Below the pieces are notes generated by a model, which had not been told where the DNA came from, made no database searches, and saw nothing but the letters and a program-made list of their open reading frames with translations. A stretch of DNA of 63,545 nt, counting the filler, from Welwitschia mirabilis (lineage: Eukaryota), in NCBI GenBank assembly GCA_051453625.1. It is 7 parts of one record of this genome, joined end to end, with 100 filler letters (N's around TTAATTAATTAA, not from the genome) between each part and the next. Parts side by side here need not be neighbours in the genome. Positions count along the whole stretch, not along the records: positions 1 to 22,200 come from JBOZIK010000001.1; 6 more parts are not named here. One strand, 5' to 3'. A program made the position numbers and the translations under genes. Of this stretch, positions 1-13,443 are shown one piece after another. How positions within the stretch are numbered: the stretch's first letter is position 1; each line of letters begins with the position of its first letter.

Positions 1-2424
1 TTATCATCAACAATATTATTATCTATAAAAATATCCTTCAAAGAAACATTTGTTTTTATTTCTTTAAAAACATAATAAAATCTTCAAAATAAACACACTT
101 AATAGGAGTACTAATTCTTTAAATCAAAATAAAATATAATAAGTAATTCATATTTTGCAACCAAATAAAGCATATCATTCAAAATTAAAAATAAATTATC
201 ACTTATACATTGAATTTTTGACACAAAAAAATCTTCATTCAATTCAATAGTCTTTTTCTTATAATTAGAAAATATATTCAAGGTATGAAAAGGTTGTCAA
301 AGATAACTTGTAATCCATTAGAACTACAATTAATTTTTACATCTATTAAGCAAGCCAATGTCTATCAAGAATAATAAGGTAACTATTGGAATTCATGAAA
401 ACTTTAAGAATAGCAAAGTAAATGGAATGAACTACTTTACTAATTTAAATTAAGACATTCTTTAAGATTCCAAAGGATTTAACCAAGGTTCCATCAATCA
501 TAAAAAGCATTACATTAGTGGGATCAACATGGTTAAATCATAAGGCATGGAAAATAAGTTCTAGCATAAGGTTAACTCTAGCTCTTAAATCTACTAAGGA
601 TTTATCAATAATATGATTACTAGTAGTAATAGAGATAGTGGAGGATTTAGGATCATCATATTTCACAAAAGATTTTGATTGCAAAACACAAATAGTAAAT
701 GTGATAATATTAATTATTTCTCTAGAAGATTGGACCCTTCTTTTGTGAGTGCATAAGTCTTTAAGAAACTTAACATGAGAAGGAATTTACTTAATTACCT
801 CAAGAATGGGAATATTAATGTTAACATCTTTAAAATTTTTATGAATGTTATCATAATTTTTAGAACCTTTATTAGATTAAAGATGACTAGAAATACAACC
901 TTCTAATTTTCTCTTTTAAAATCTTTCCTAGAATTAGATTTAAGATTTTCAATAATTTTATCTAAATTTACATCTTCTTTAGCTTTTAGAACTAGATTCT
1001 GAAATGACTTTTTCACTTCTTAATCTAATTGCATTTGCATGAGTACGGTCTTTTACCACATTAGTTGATTTTAAATTAGTAGTATATTGAAAGGGTAAAT
1101 GAGGATGACTTTCCTTTTTATTTTATTATTGGAATATGAAATTAATAGTTTGTGACATTTGATTCATTTGATTAACCAACAACTTCATTGTTTCTTCTAA
1201 TTTATTTTTTATGAAGGAGGAAGATGTAAAGATTTATATTGCCATTAAGATTAATTATTATTATAAGAATGAAAAATTATAATAAAAATTATTTGGATGA
1301 AAGTTAGAATGCCTATTAAATAGTGTAGAAACATGATAATTTTGATTAAAGGCATAAGATTTAAAAAGATGATGATGATGTAAAGTATTTTAAGCTTCCT
1401 TAAAGTTTTCACAAAATTTAATAAAATGACCCTCTACTTGATGCAACTTATAAAAATATGAACTTAAAGAAGGTTGAGTTAGAATTTTCTTAAGATTTTC
1501 TTGTTCTAATTTACTATTTTCAAGTTAAGCAGATAGAACTTTCACTTTCTTAGCTAATTCGTCATGAGATTTATCTTTATGAAAACGTTTATTTAAGCTA
1601 AATTTATTCCTAACATAGTTATTGTCAACATTTTCCCACCTTTGATTAATTTCTACTAAATCTTCTAATTCTTTCCATATTCATTAGGTGTAGAATTTAA
1701 CAAATCTCTAGTAGTTAATGTTTCTACCAATTTTCTAGTTTTTTTTATTAATATCTTCTAGGAAAAATTGAACTAATCCCCAAACTTCAAAATAATGATT
1801 GAGATTTTTAATTCAAAGATCTAGAAAATACTCAAAAGTTTTAGAATAAGATCTAGTTGAAGATTACTTGCAAATATTAATAATCTTTCTCATTTGATTA
1901 ATGCAAGTAGTAGGGAAAATTTTCTTAATAAAAGCTTCCTTAAATTTGCCAATATTTAAAAGATCTTTATTATGATTAACTAGTCTAAGTGAATGTCTAG
2001 CTCCATCTTTAAAAAGAAGATGAAGAATTGCTAATTTAGCTACATGAGAATGAGATTTAGGAGTAATCTTGCAAACTAAGTTAAATTCTCTAAGAAATTC
2101 TTTAAATGTTGGAAAATCCTTAAGGTTTTTAATAGACATTAAAGCATCACAAGTAAAATAAATAGAAGAGTTGGTTTGATGACCTTCAAAAAGTTCAACA
2201 AGAGCAAGTTGAGATTTAAAAGTATGAGCATTATTATGTTTGGTAACCACTTGAAAAAAAATAATATTTGAAGCTTGAGAAAATGTGTTAAATCCAAATG
2301 GAGATAAAACTAAAGGAGGAGATAAATTACAAGGTGAGGATGGTTTAGAACTATGCAACCATGTACCAATATGAATCCAATTTCTACTCATGAATGCATA
2401 ACATAAAAAGAAAAAGAAATGCAC
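1..2424 (-). mobile_element. Degenerate Athila-type Ty3/gypsy gag and aspartic protease region, running off the left edge
   Basis: Minus-strand translation gives FKDVNINIPILEVIK*IPSHVKFLKDLCTHKR (about 740-835) and KYDDPKSSTISI..IDKSLVDLRARVNLM (about 570-665), matching Athila VKINIPLL..IPSYAKFLKDLCT and KYKDPG..LDLGASVNLM. ORF 1864-2424 (FKEAFIKKIFP) resembles the gag N-terminus. Many stops and frameshifts. Confidence 0.85.
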
Positions 2425-2594
2425 AAAATAGTAATAAGAGTTAAAATGTGTGCATTTATAAGGATTGATAAATTAATTAGTGGTTATAGGCTTGTGAATG
2501 CAATTATAATATTGAAATCACTTGAAAACAATTAACTGCCATTAGTGTTTATAAATTCCCAAAAGAAAGTATAATATTTCATATTAACAAGTAT

Positions 2595-2612
2595 TCCATG
2601 GCAACTGCACCA
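2595..2612 (-). promoter_or_regulatory. Primer-binding site of the minus-strand Athila element (tRNA-Asp type, degenerate)
   Basis: Reverse complement TGGTGCAGTTGCCATGGA resembles the Athila PBS TGGCGCCGTTGCCGGGGA. It sits 4 nt from a CA LTR end (2617) and upstream of gag. Confidence 0.65.
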
Positions 2613-2616
2613 ATTT

Positions 2617-5496
2617 TGAATTAAGGAGATGAAGTATAATATGTCATGTTAACAAGTAAAAACTCAATTTTTAAAATGAGAATATCTTACTCTGAGCCTT
2701 TGTAAAAATAAATAAGTCACCTTAGGAAAATAAAATTTAGTATAAAAATTTCAAATGGTATCATAAAGAAATCTCCTATGTCGAACTACAAATATAGTGG
2801 AAGCACATAAGTATCAATCCAACAAAATACTTGACATGAATTTATATGAAAATATTAATATTGCTATATCAATCTATCACTTACATGATTAAACAATTAT
2901 TTCTTTTAAGTAACATACAACTAATTTAATGCATATTACTTAAAATAATCGTGAAAAACTACATGTGTAAAAGCATAATTCCACAAGATGTGAAAAGAAA
3001 AGTACAATTCAATAGGAAGAAGTAATCTTTTACGAACACTCACAAGATTCTAAAGATCATCTATAATTCATGTGAATAAGAAAGAAAATTTAAATAGACA
3101 AAATTACCTATGTCATTTTCATATTTAAAAATAATTTTCATTGAAAATTTAACTTCTTTAATTCATATTAAATGAATGTAATCAAACAATTCAAACATCA
3201 GAGTCCATTCTATGTAAAATATACATCAATTTAGAAACAACATATAACTATTGTAAATCTATATTCTTCAAATTGACTAGCTAAACTAGTTGACAATAAC
3301 AAGATTTTTTCTAAATTTGTAACACATTTAACTTGATTACTAAGCATAAAATGAATTATAAAAGCATTGAAACATTAAAATCAAGGTTTAAATCAACAAG
3401 AAATTGATAAAAACCAGCATAGAAATTTTCATTAAATTAAAGTAATCCTAATTAACTTCAAGTTATTTTGACTAATAAAAAGAGAAGGAATGAAGAAGAG
3501 AGAGAAAATGCAGAGATAAAATTTAGAAGAATGGACTTAAAAATTTCAAAAAACACTTAAAATACTTAGAATATGCCATAAAATAAGTTTTGAAAATTAA
3601 ATATTCAAGATTAAGTAGAATCAATTGCAACTGATAAAATAGTTCATCTAGAACAATTGCAAAGAATTACATTCAACCCTACTTTCACCAAGAATATTAA
3701 GAAAAATATAAAACTTGTCAAAAATTAAATTTCATATTTTAAAAATACTCAAAAAATACAATAAAATAGAATTTTCAATTGCTAAAAACGCATTAAAAAT
3801 GACTAATAAAATTGCTTTATAAAATTAGGAAAAAAAGATTTGATAGTTCAAAAAATGTGTCTTTAAGTAAAAGTGTAAATAAGACTAAAAATGGCCCAAA
3901 ATAAGGTTTCAAAGGAGAAATTTAGATTCTAATATCATAGGAATCTACTAACAAAATTTCAAAGCCATTAGAGTTGCTTAGAAAACATTGCAGCAAAAAC
4001 AAGTACTACAATTAACTATTCTCCTTTGATTTTTAGAAAGAAAAAAGAAGAGAGAAGAATTGTTGCAAAAAGAAACAATTTAAATTTTAGAAAAGCATAA
4101 GTCACATATTTACAGACCATTCTACTACTATTAGAGTGGAGAAAATAGAAGCTCAACATCAACTGCCTTAGAAGAAATGTGAAATCATAAGAAATGTGCT
4201 AGAAAATGAAAAGAAAGGAGGAAAGAAGAGAGAAGAAGAACAAAACACATGATTTCTTTTAACAAAGAGTAATCAAACATGAAAAACTCAAATTTCTATA
4301 AAAGGTCCTAATTCTTTTACAATCTAATTAGCACTATTTATGCTACAACCTATAAAAAGTCTAATTACATTGAAAGAAAATCATAATATAGACATATAAC
4401 TCAAGTAGTTAAAGCATCAAAAACATAAATAAAAGGAATACTTATTGATTTTATATGAGTGTATAGCCCATTTCATTAGTCTTCAATCAAATTTCTTACA
4501 AGATTTGATTCTTTCTCCTCCTCCTATATCACCCAATCATATGCACTCCACCACCCCTACAATGCCTTTTGAATGGATGGAAATGGAAGAAAAGATGACG
4601 TAAAATGAGGTATGAAATGGTTTAGAAGGCTAAGAATGGTTTTGGATGATAGTGAAAGATAATAATAATGAATCTANNNNNNNNNNNNNNTAATATAGAG
4701 AGAAGATCAACTTGAAAATGAAGAATGATGAAAGAGAAATGATGAAAAATCTCCTTCTGATGTTTAGAATGGAAAAATTCACATAAAAATGGCATAATAA
4801 TCTTATGACATTGGTATGACCACTAAGTAAGGTCTTTATAGGTACTCTAGGACCATTTGCACACTAAGGATTTATCAAAACCACACAAATTCACATGTGA
4901 TTCATGTCTCAATTTGAAAAACTATCACATGGGACTGTAACACCATTTTACTCTTAGAATCGATGCTATAGCACCACAGGTATTTTCATACATAACTACC
5001 AATTATCTAAAAATAAAACTTAAATTACTTTTATCCTTTAAGGATTATAATACATGAATTTATTAATTTTGACTTGAAAATGACTAGAAATAAATAGATT
5101 ATGACTCCTAGAATGCAATTTCCTAAGGTACTAATGTTCTAAAAGGCTCTGATGTCATCAAATGTCATACATCCAATGTTAAAGTCAAAATCATCTCATT
5201 AGTAAGAGAATGATAAATGATTGTGGAAAAGGGACCATGAATCATATATAGAGCTTCTATGTTTAAGTAGTCATCCACGCTCTACATTTTCGCCCTCGAT
5301 CTTGATCTCCTAATTGCAAGTGTTACAAAGAGCCTTAAACTAGATCATACTACATCATTTTGAGCTCATTGAATGTCCAAGGTACTTATCACTTGAAAAG
5401 TGCAAAAATACCTATAAATTCAATATTAAAATTTGAAAAGTAATGCAAAATATTGACTATTAATACCTCATGTTTTTGAAAATTCAAGCTTCATCA
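2617..5496 (-). mobile_element. Probable 5' LTR of the minus-strand Athila element, possibly with nested fragments
   Basis: Abuts the PBS; termini tga...tcatca on the + strand. The right boundary coincides with truncation of the repeat at 5497 relative to its copy at about 36.4-37.1 kb. No partner LTR in the window. Confidence 0.45.
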
Positions 5497-6075
5497 AATA
5501 GATCTTGATATGTGTATTTTGTTATTGCAACATCATATGTATTTTAAATTATTATAACTAAGAGATAAGTGGGATTGACTATGAGCTTTAACTTCATAGC
5601 CTATCTTATTAGCTAGAGATAAATGTGAGAAATTAGATCACATTTTTACTTTATTCATTGACCAATTAACTATCTTATCACATTGTATCATTGAGTCATA
5701 AATTAGTTGGACTATCTGCCTTTATTGTTGACAATAGCTATTTGGTTCTGATGCACTTACTTCCTTCTTATTATTGTATGATAAATTTGGAACTGCATCT
5801 TATTACCAGCTTACATTATAATGAATCTAGATTTAGGATAAAAGAGCATTAAGAATCTTATTATACCCTTTCACTAGGCAACAGGATTATGATAAAAGAA
5901 AAAATACAAATTTTATTTAACTTTTATAAATAAAAACATAAAAATTAGAATAAAAAATTTGGTTTTTGCAAAATTATTCTTTTGTTGGTAAAAAATCATT
6001 ATATTACTGTGGTGTTGCTAAAAATCTAGGAAAATAATGTGTTATAGAATGATAGTTTTGAATAGCTATTATAAC
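5497..6075. repeat. Dispersed repeat copy 1 (homologous to about 36543-37130)
   Basis: Collinear shared blocks such as ataagtgggat.gactatga..tttaacttcatagcctatcttatt, aaaagagcatta, taaaaacataaaaatt and ttggtttttgcaaaatt. Confidence 0.8.
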
Positions 6076-6499
6076 CCTCTTCCTAAAATATGATGATCCC
6101 TCATCACATGTAAAGTAATTATGAATCATCATTCATTTTTAGTGCATTATTAAGGTTGTTGTAAGATGGAGTTAAGGAATAAATTTAAACATCAAAAACA
6201 TAAGAAAAGAAAGAGTTTATATTAATGCACAAATTTATATTTTTATTAATTGATGGCGGAATAAGTTCATGATAATAAAAAGTTAAAATATATTACAACA
6301 TTTACATTTTTCAATTTCAATATATAAGTCTTCACTCCTTGTGATTTTCTTCTTCTTCTCCCATAAACTATGGTAACAAACTAGTAGCTCTTCTAACTTC
6401 CATTTACAATTTCATCTTGATTTCTTACACCTCAATAATAAGATTAATTAGCTTTAGATCTAGTTCATGCATCTAAGCCTAAACCTAATTATGGATGTT

Positions 6500-6641
6500 C
6501 TAAATATCTTCTCTCATCTATGAGAATTGTTCAATTAAGAAGGTTGTAAGAGATGCATCTAGTTTGGAAGATGGTGGCTTTACATGAATTATTTATCAAT
6601 GATCTATGAGGTATTTTTTTGTTGAGATTCCTTTTAGCTAA
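6500..6641 (+). mobile_element. Possible L1-type LINE ORF1 remnant (DUF4283-like), split by the Athila insertion and continuing at 25676 to about 25890
   Basis: Joining the flanks across the TSD gives DL*GIFLLRF...ILRW...KCQEVGY, reminiscent of DUF4283 plus a CCHC knuckle. Very decayed. Confidence 0.3.
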
Positions 6642-7710
6642 TGTTAACATGTAAAAATTAGCATTTTGATTAAGTTATTTAATAAATTTATCTTAATAGC
6701 AGATATTAATATAATTGATTTACTATAAAAACATGTCTCCTATTACTTTTCTGTAATTAATCATGGACTTACCATCTTTCAATGAAATTTTTATGATAGT
6801 TATCTCATTTTGAAGAATAGGAATAAAAATGATGAACATCTAGCTTAAAAAGCCAGCACCACTACCTTCACTCCCCAGTGTCATTAGTCGTTCTCAGTAG
6901 AATACTTTAAAACTCATGATCCTAAACTCACGATCCTAACTTATCATACAAAATTCATCTAAGTGCAGTTATGGCATTAATTGGATTTTAGATTAAAAAA
7001 AAAGTAACATCTTTAATGACACATGGTGATGACAATGATGACATGTAGTAGTGATGTATGGCGATGCTAAATAGGATGATAATGGAGACACATAATAATG
7101 ATAGTGATTGACAGAAGGAGCAACATCCAGAATCCAAGTGTTGAGGCTCATCAGGATGATTCTTATCTAATGCAAGATAACAAAATGATACATATCATAT
7201 TTTATAGCCACTCACTTGATGCTACAATCTAAAGGCTTGTAACTACCCCTCACCCCATGCTTACCTGTAAAGGGTCTTGAGTCCTCATTTGTAGCATCTT
7301 TTGTTTTGGAAAAGTAACAAAACTTCAGAGTATTAATTCGACATAGGCTTTTGAGCACTTTCTTTGGGGAGTAATATTTTTTTAAGGATAGCTTAAGGAG
7401 TTCTTTCTAGCATCCTTATTTCTTTGATTTAATGTGCCTTTGTTGATTTGATAGACAATAGTTTTCTTCTTTTGATTTTAAGTTGAAAATCACTTTGTGC
7501 TTCTAATTCTTAAGTAGCAACTTTACTATCAAGTTTCATTATCGCTTGAGTGAACTCTATACTTACTTGATTAAGTCTTCTTAATTTGATGAATTTTCAG
7601 TACCTAGGGTCCTTACTTTCCATTCTTATTTTGAGGCCATAAAGGATGAAGCGGCTATTGAGTTTATAGATATTTATATGGTGAATGAAATTATGTCATC
7701 CTAACCTAAG
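6642..7710 (+). repeat. 5' LTR of the Athila element (3' part and PBS lie in the N gap)
   Basis: Collinear with 24320-25371 from gttaacatgtaaaaatta to gaaattatgtcatcct.acctaag, roughly 80% identical by eye. Confidence 0.9.
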
Positions 7711-9534
7711 NNNNNNNNNNNNNNNNNNNNNNNNNNNNNNNNNNNNNNNNNNNNNNNNNNNNNNNNNNNNNNNNNNNNNNNNNNNNNNNNNNNNNNNNNN
7801 NNNNNNNNNNNNNNNNNNNNNNNNNNNNNNNNNNNNNNNNNNNNNNNNNNNNNNNNNNNNNNNNNNNNNNNNNNNNNNNNNNNNNNNNNNNNNNNNNNNN
7901 NNNNNNNNNNNNNNNNNNNNNNNNNNNNNNNNNNNNNNNNNNNNNNNNNNNNNNNNNNNNNNNNNNNNNNNNNNNNNNNNNNNNNNNNNNNNNNNNNNNN
8001 NNNNNNNNNNNNNNNNNNNNNNNNNNNNNNNNNNNNNNNNNNNNNNNNNNNNNNNNNNNNNNNNNNNNNNNNNNNNNNNNNNNNNNNNNNNNNNNNNNNN
8101 NNNNNNNNNNNNNNNNNNNNNNNNNNNNNNNNNNNNNNNNNNNNNNNNNNNNNNNNNNNNNNNNNNNNNNNNNNNNNNNNNNNNNNNNNNNNNNNNNNNN
8201 NNNNNNNNNNNNNNNNNNNNNNNNNNNNNNNNNNNNNNNNNNNNNNNNNNNNNNNNNNNNNNNNNNNNNNNNNNNNNNNNNNNNNNNNNNNNNNNNNNNN
8301 NNNNNNNNNNNNNNNNNNNNNNNNNNNNNNNNNNNNNNNNNNNNNNNNNNNNNNNNNNNNNNNNNNNNNNNNNNNNNNNNNNNNNNNNNNNNNNNNNNNN
8401 NNNNNNNNNNNNNNNNNNNNNNNNNNNNNNNNNNNNNNNNNNNNNNNNNNNNNNNNNNNNNNNNNNNNNNNNNNNNNNNNNNNNNNNNNNNNNNNNNNNN
8501 NNNNNNNNNNNNNNNNNNNNNNNNNNNNNNNNNNNNNNNNNNNNNNNNNNNNNNNNNNNNNNNNNNNNNNNNNNNNNNNNNNNNNNNNNNNNNNNNNNNN
8601 NNNNNNNNNNNNNNNNNNNNNNNNNNNNNNNNNNNNNNNNNNNNNNNNNNNNNNNNNNNNNNATGGTATCTTCTTAAAAAGAGCATAAATTTTACTTTCT
8701 TGAAAGATTTTAGTCTAGTTTTGTTTTCTAGTGGTGGGTAGTGATCCAATTTAGTGATATTTAAATTGCTATTATTTTTTTCTTTATTTTCTCTTTCTTT
8801 CCAATTATTGGTATTGGTCATTTCTAGTGATACTAAACTGGTTTATTTTATTTTAGTTTTCCACTCTAAATTGATTTGTATTGTAGGTCTAACAAGTTTT
8901 TTTGGGTTACAACTAAGGGCAAAAAACTAAAAAAATGTTAAACTCATTCAATTTATATCCTTTCTTTTGTTTTTAATTCGAATTTAAATGTTCTACCTAG
9001 TACATTCACTGTCATAGACTCTAAAACCCTATAAAATTTCTGAGATTCATGTGTGCTACCATTTTTTTTATTTCTATTATGTTTTTCCCAACCCTCTCAC
9101 ATTAATTGTTCTGTGAGATTTCCATGAATACTTGTGTTTCTCCAAAATTATAATTTATATCTTAACCAACATCATTGCCATCTTGGATTAGTTCCATTGA
9201 CTTTCTGCACATAAACTGCTAAAATGTTTCCTAAGATCTCTATTAAAACTCATAACCTCTTTTGTCATTCAAGCTCTATTGAAAACCTTTCTGTAATTTA
9301 TCTAAAACCTATTTGAAACTTACATGCCTTGGATCTAAGAGGATTCAAGTAGATTAATTACAAATCCCACCAATATGGACTCCTTTTCTAAAAAAGAACA
9401 AAGAATCCCATAGAAAAATCAATCCCAAGATAATATTCAAAAAAAACAAGCCTCTTTATCCCAATGACAAAACCCAAATGTTCAATCTAGTTTCTGATTT
9501 CCATTATTAAATCAAGAATTAATTAATCATTTAA

Positions 9535-10975
9535 ATGGCTTCTACATTAGCCAAGAGATAACCAAAACCAAAGCTAATGTAGCCAACCATCCCCTAAGAA
9601 AATACCTCATGATTACTTTTAATCTTAATGCTTAGGAACCCCTTCCTACATAGTACAACTATCCATAAATCAAAGCATAGAATTCAAGCCATTCATTATT
9701 CAGATTTTACTTCACTTCCATTACTTAGAATTTAAGGACCCATACTTATAAAATTTGAGTATGTGTTGTTAATTGTACCTCAATATTCAAATACGTATAA
9801 CACACTTAGGCTCACTCTATTTTCATTTTTCTTAAAAGAGATAGCTAAATCATGGTTCTACACCCTCAAGCCTTTATCCATTAGATCCTAATCCAATTTA
9901 AATAAGATTTTCATATCCAAATTTTTCTCAAATCATAAAATAAATACCTTTAGAAGAGAGAGAATAAACTATCAGCAAAAGAATCATGAGTCCTTTTTCC
10001 ATGCCTTAGAAATATTTAAGTTCTTATTACAAAAATGCCCACATCACGGATTCAAGTTAGGAAGGGAAATTAGTTTCTTTTATGAGGGGTTGTCTACAAA
10101 TAATAGGCAATTGGTTGATGAGTAGGGGTAGTTTTCTTAGGATGCCATTAGACGAAGTATGGAACTATCTTGAAACCATAGCTAAGAGTTCCAAAAACTA
10201 GGAGAAGCCTAGCAAATAATCCACATCTCATCATCTTGTTAGGTCCATTAGTGTGTTCAAAGTACCTAATAACTTTGATGTCAATAATAAAATAAATTAG
10301 TTAACGAGATCTTTACCTATAATCATAAGACCTGAATGCCTAATTTGCCACATGGATACCCATGAGACAGCTAAGTGTCCATCCATTTCTTTATTTTAAC
10401 AAACTATAAATGAACAAGTAAATGTAGTAAGACACTAGTGGCAAAGCCAAAAAATGACCCTCTATTCTAACACCTACAACTCCAGGTAAAGCAATCATCC
10501 TAATTTTTCTTGGAAATAAGATAGTTCATATAGTCAAAATTAGAACAACCAACTAAGAAATTCATTTTCCTTATCATCCTCCTATCCCTTTCTATCAAAC
10601 TACCAAAAATCATCTTCATTCATCCCTTTGGAGGAATGATTAAAAGGGTTCATAAAAACCCAAGCCCAGTTTAATCATGATCATGCACAAAATCTTAAAC
10701 AACATGCCTCGTCCTTGAAAAACCTTGAGCAAACCACTCAAACCCTTACTCTCCATGAGTTCATAACCAAATCCAAAAGGAGTTAGATTCTTAGAAAGAT
10801 TAGAACCCACACACATAGAAGAGACTAAGTCCATTTGCATTAAGAGTGGGAAAAAAATTAGATAATCCACCCAAGCAAAACAAGGTCATGGAGAAATTGA
10901 TTCTATAAGAAATAAGGAAAAGAATGAAATAATAAAGGAATTGTTGCCCATGTATAAGAAGCTTTTACCTTTTCT
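9535..10975 (+). mobile_element. Athila gag pseudo-ORF
   Basis: CPHHGFKLGREISFFYEGL (about 10036-10092) and YSNTYNSR*SNHPNFSW (about 10463-10513), typical Athila gag motifs; interrupted by stops. Confidence 0.85.
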
Positions 10976-13406
10976 TGTAACACTCCAACTTTTGTTGTGT
11001 GCTCAATCGTGTAAAGGTTAGTTGAATCATGTCAAGAAGGGGATCTTAATTTGCTAATTAGCTTCAGTAATGAGTTAATTAATAAGTTAGTTAATTAATG
11101 GGGCTTAATAAGGAAACAAATATGTAAATCTTATTATATGGTCATTAATATTAATTAATGTAAAAAGCTAAGATGAGGTTTAGATGTTAATAATTAAAAC
11201 TTTAATAAACATTAATTATAATATTAGAGTGGAATTTGTTAAGGGTTAAGACATGATTTGTAAATATAGGAATAATGATTAATGAAGGCATGATTTATTA
11301 AAAATAAAATAAAATTAACTTTTATGAAGTGCCATATATAAATTAAATGTTTGAAGATGACAATAAATTAGAATTTGTTAAATAACTAATAAATGTTAGC
11401 TATTATTAATTTATATTAATAAGTTTTAATTCAGTATATTTTTGGTTGAGTATATTTGTGTTAATTATTCTATAATTATTATTAAGTTGAAAAAATAATA
11501 ATTAATTAAAGTACATTTATGAAAACAAGTTACCCTCAGCTAGCAAAACCATTGTCAACCATGAATTAGGATATGAGAAACAGTCATTTTTAAAAACTAA
11601 AACTATAAACAATGCAAAACTGCAATGCATACTTCTATAAGATACAATAAAAAATATTAGAATACTAGAATAAGCCTCTAGAGGAACTGCAAAACATTGT
11701 AAATTAAAGGAGTAAAACTATTCTTCTTCTGGGTAGCCACTGCAAAATAAACCTGCACTTTCACAGGAAGAGAAAAATAGAGTACAGTGGTCTGCACCAA
11801 CCCCTTTGCACTGCATCCTGCAACGCTCCACTGCCCCGTTTTCCCTTGCCTGCAACTTCAACGCAGAAACAACGAGAAAACTGATGCACACCTGCAATAT
11901 AAACACAGCAAAAAAAAATAAGAGAAGTTATAGAAACAGAAGAAGAGAAACTTAAGAAAAATACAGAGAAAAACTTAATCAAAGTATATTTAAATTAAGA
12001 AGAGTCAAGTATGGAGTTGCTGACGAAGAGAACACCAGCTGAGAATGCTATTGACGCAGAGAGCAGGGCACTGTAAACAGAAGAGGAAATGACCAGTTTT
12101 CTCAACAAAAAGCCTGCAATGTTCAAGACAAAACAGGAATGGCAATAAATACTTATGGAAATACAAACTACTGCTCGCAAAACCGTCATTCAAGGAACAA
12201 AATATATGTATTGAGGCTTCTCCCTTTTAAGACAAAATTCTTTACTTGTGATGGCATTTGGGGCATGATCTAGTGATGGCCATCATCCATTCCTAGTTCT
12301 TATATGAGGTTTTTGTAAACATCATTTAATAATGGCACCCCTTTTTGGGAAGTGAAATTGTAAAATCCTTTTGAATAAAGTTTCAAAACAAAGGTGAAAT
12401 AATATAAAACAAGGAGCATAAAAAGGAGGCCCACTTGGCTTACATTCTTTGGGCCAAGTGGAATCCTTGGAAAATGAGCTAAGTGTGTTGAAAAGTTGTG
12501 AAATTATTTTAAACATATACATATATTTGTATAAGGGAGTTATAAAATAGAAGGTATCTAAGTGGGTAGAACACATGAGGAAGAGATGAGCGCTCATCTG
12601 GTTTGCATGATTTGAGACAAGTACTGATCCTTGGAATTGAATTAGAGAATAAAAATAAGTATGTGCCTGGAAAATTAAATGGGTTAGAATATAATAGAAA
12701 TGATTGAAAAAAAAGGTCATAAGGGATAGTAAATAAGATAATACATGATGAGGGAAATACTACATAGATAATGTACATAATGGAATTCATATAACATAAT
12801 TTGATGTTAAGCATAATGGGGATCCACACTATAATGTGTTTTATGTATTCCTAGCAAATTGTAATACAGCACTTAATATTGAATAGAATAAGGTAAGCCC
12901 GGTAGGCGAAATAATAATGTAGAGGAAAAGGAGGTAGTAATATGGCCTAATGTTTAATTAAAGATTGGTAAGATTGGTAAAAACACATAAAGTGACATAC
13001 ATAAAAGGGGAATATAATAATAGATGCATACGAAATTGGTATACATTAGACCTAGACATATGAGTATTCATGAAGATAATATGATCCTTAATGATAAATA
13101 GTTAAAGAAAGCAAACTTGCATGATGATTTTAATTATTGAAAAGCAACATGTCAAAAGGTGATGATAGGTCATATTAAGATAAATGACGTAAATGGGGTT
13201 TAAGGTCCAGTAGTCAACCTCTATAATTAATTGGGGCTGAGCCTTTTAATTATGATGAGTATGTTTAATTCCAATAGTTGGTAACGAACCTTGATTCATA
13301 AGTCAATAAGCCTCATATGATCAGTAATAATGGTGTCAGACAATGATATTATATAAATAATACAGACATAATGGCTATTCTATTAGCTATAATAGAAATA
13401 TATGGT

Positions 13407-13443
<37 letters not shown>

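Noticed and set aside
7685..8821. Long ORFs of 330 and 371 aa (also 32322-32531 and 41057-41341)
   Set aside because: They consist of N-gap codons.
11718..12829. Cluster of short minus-strand ORFs
   Set aside because: Low-complexity frames inside the solo LTR with no recognisable domain.
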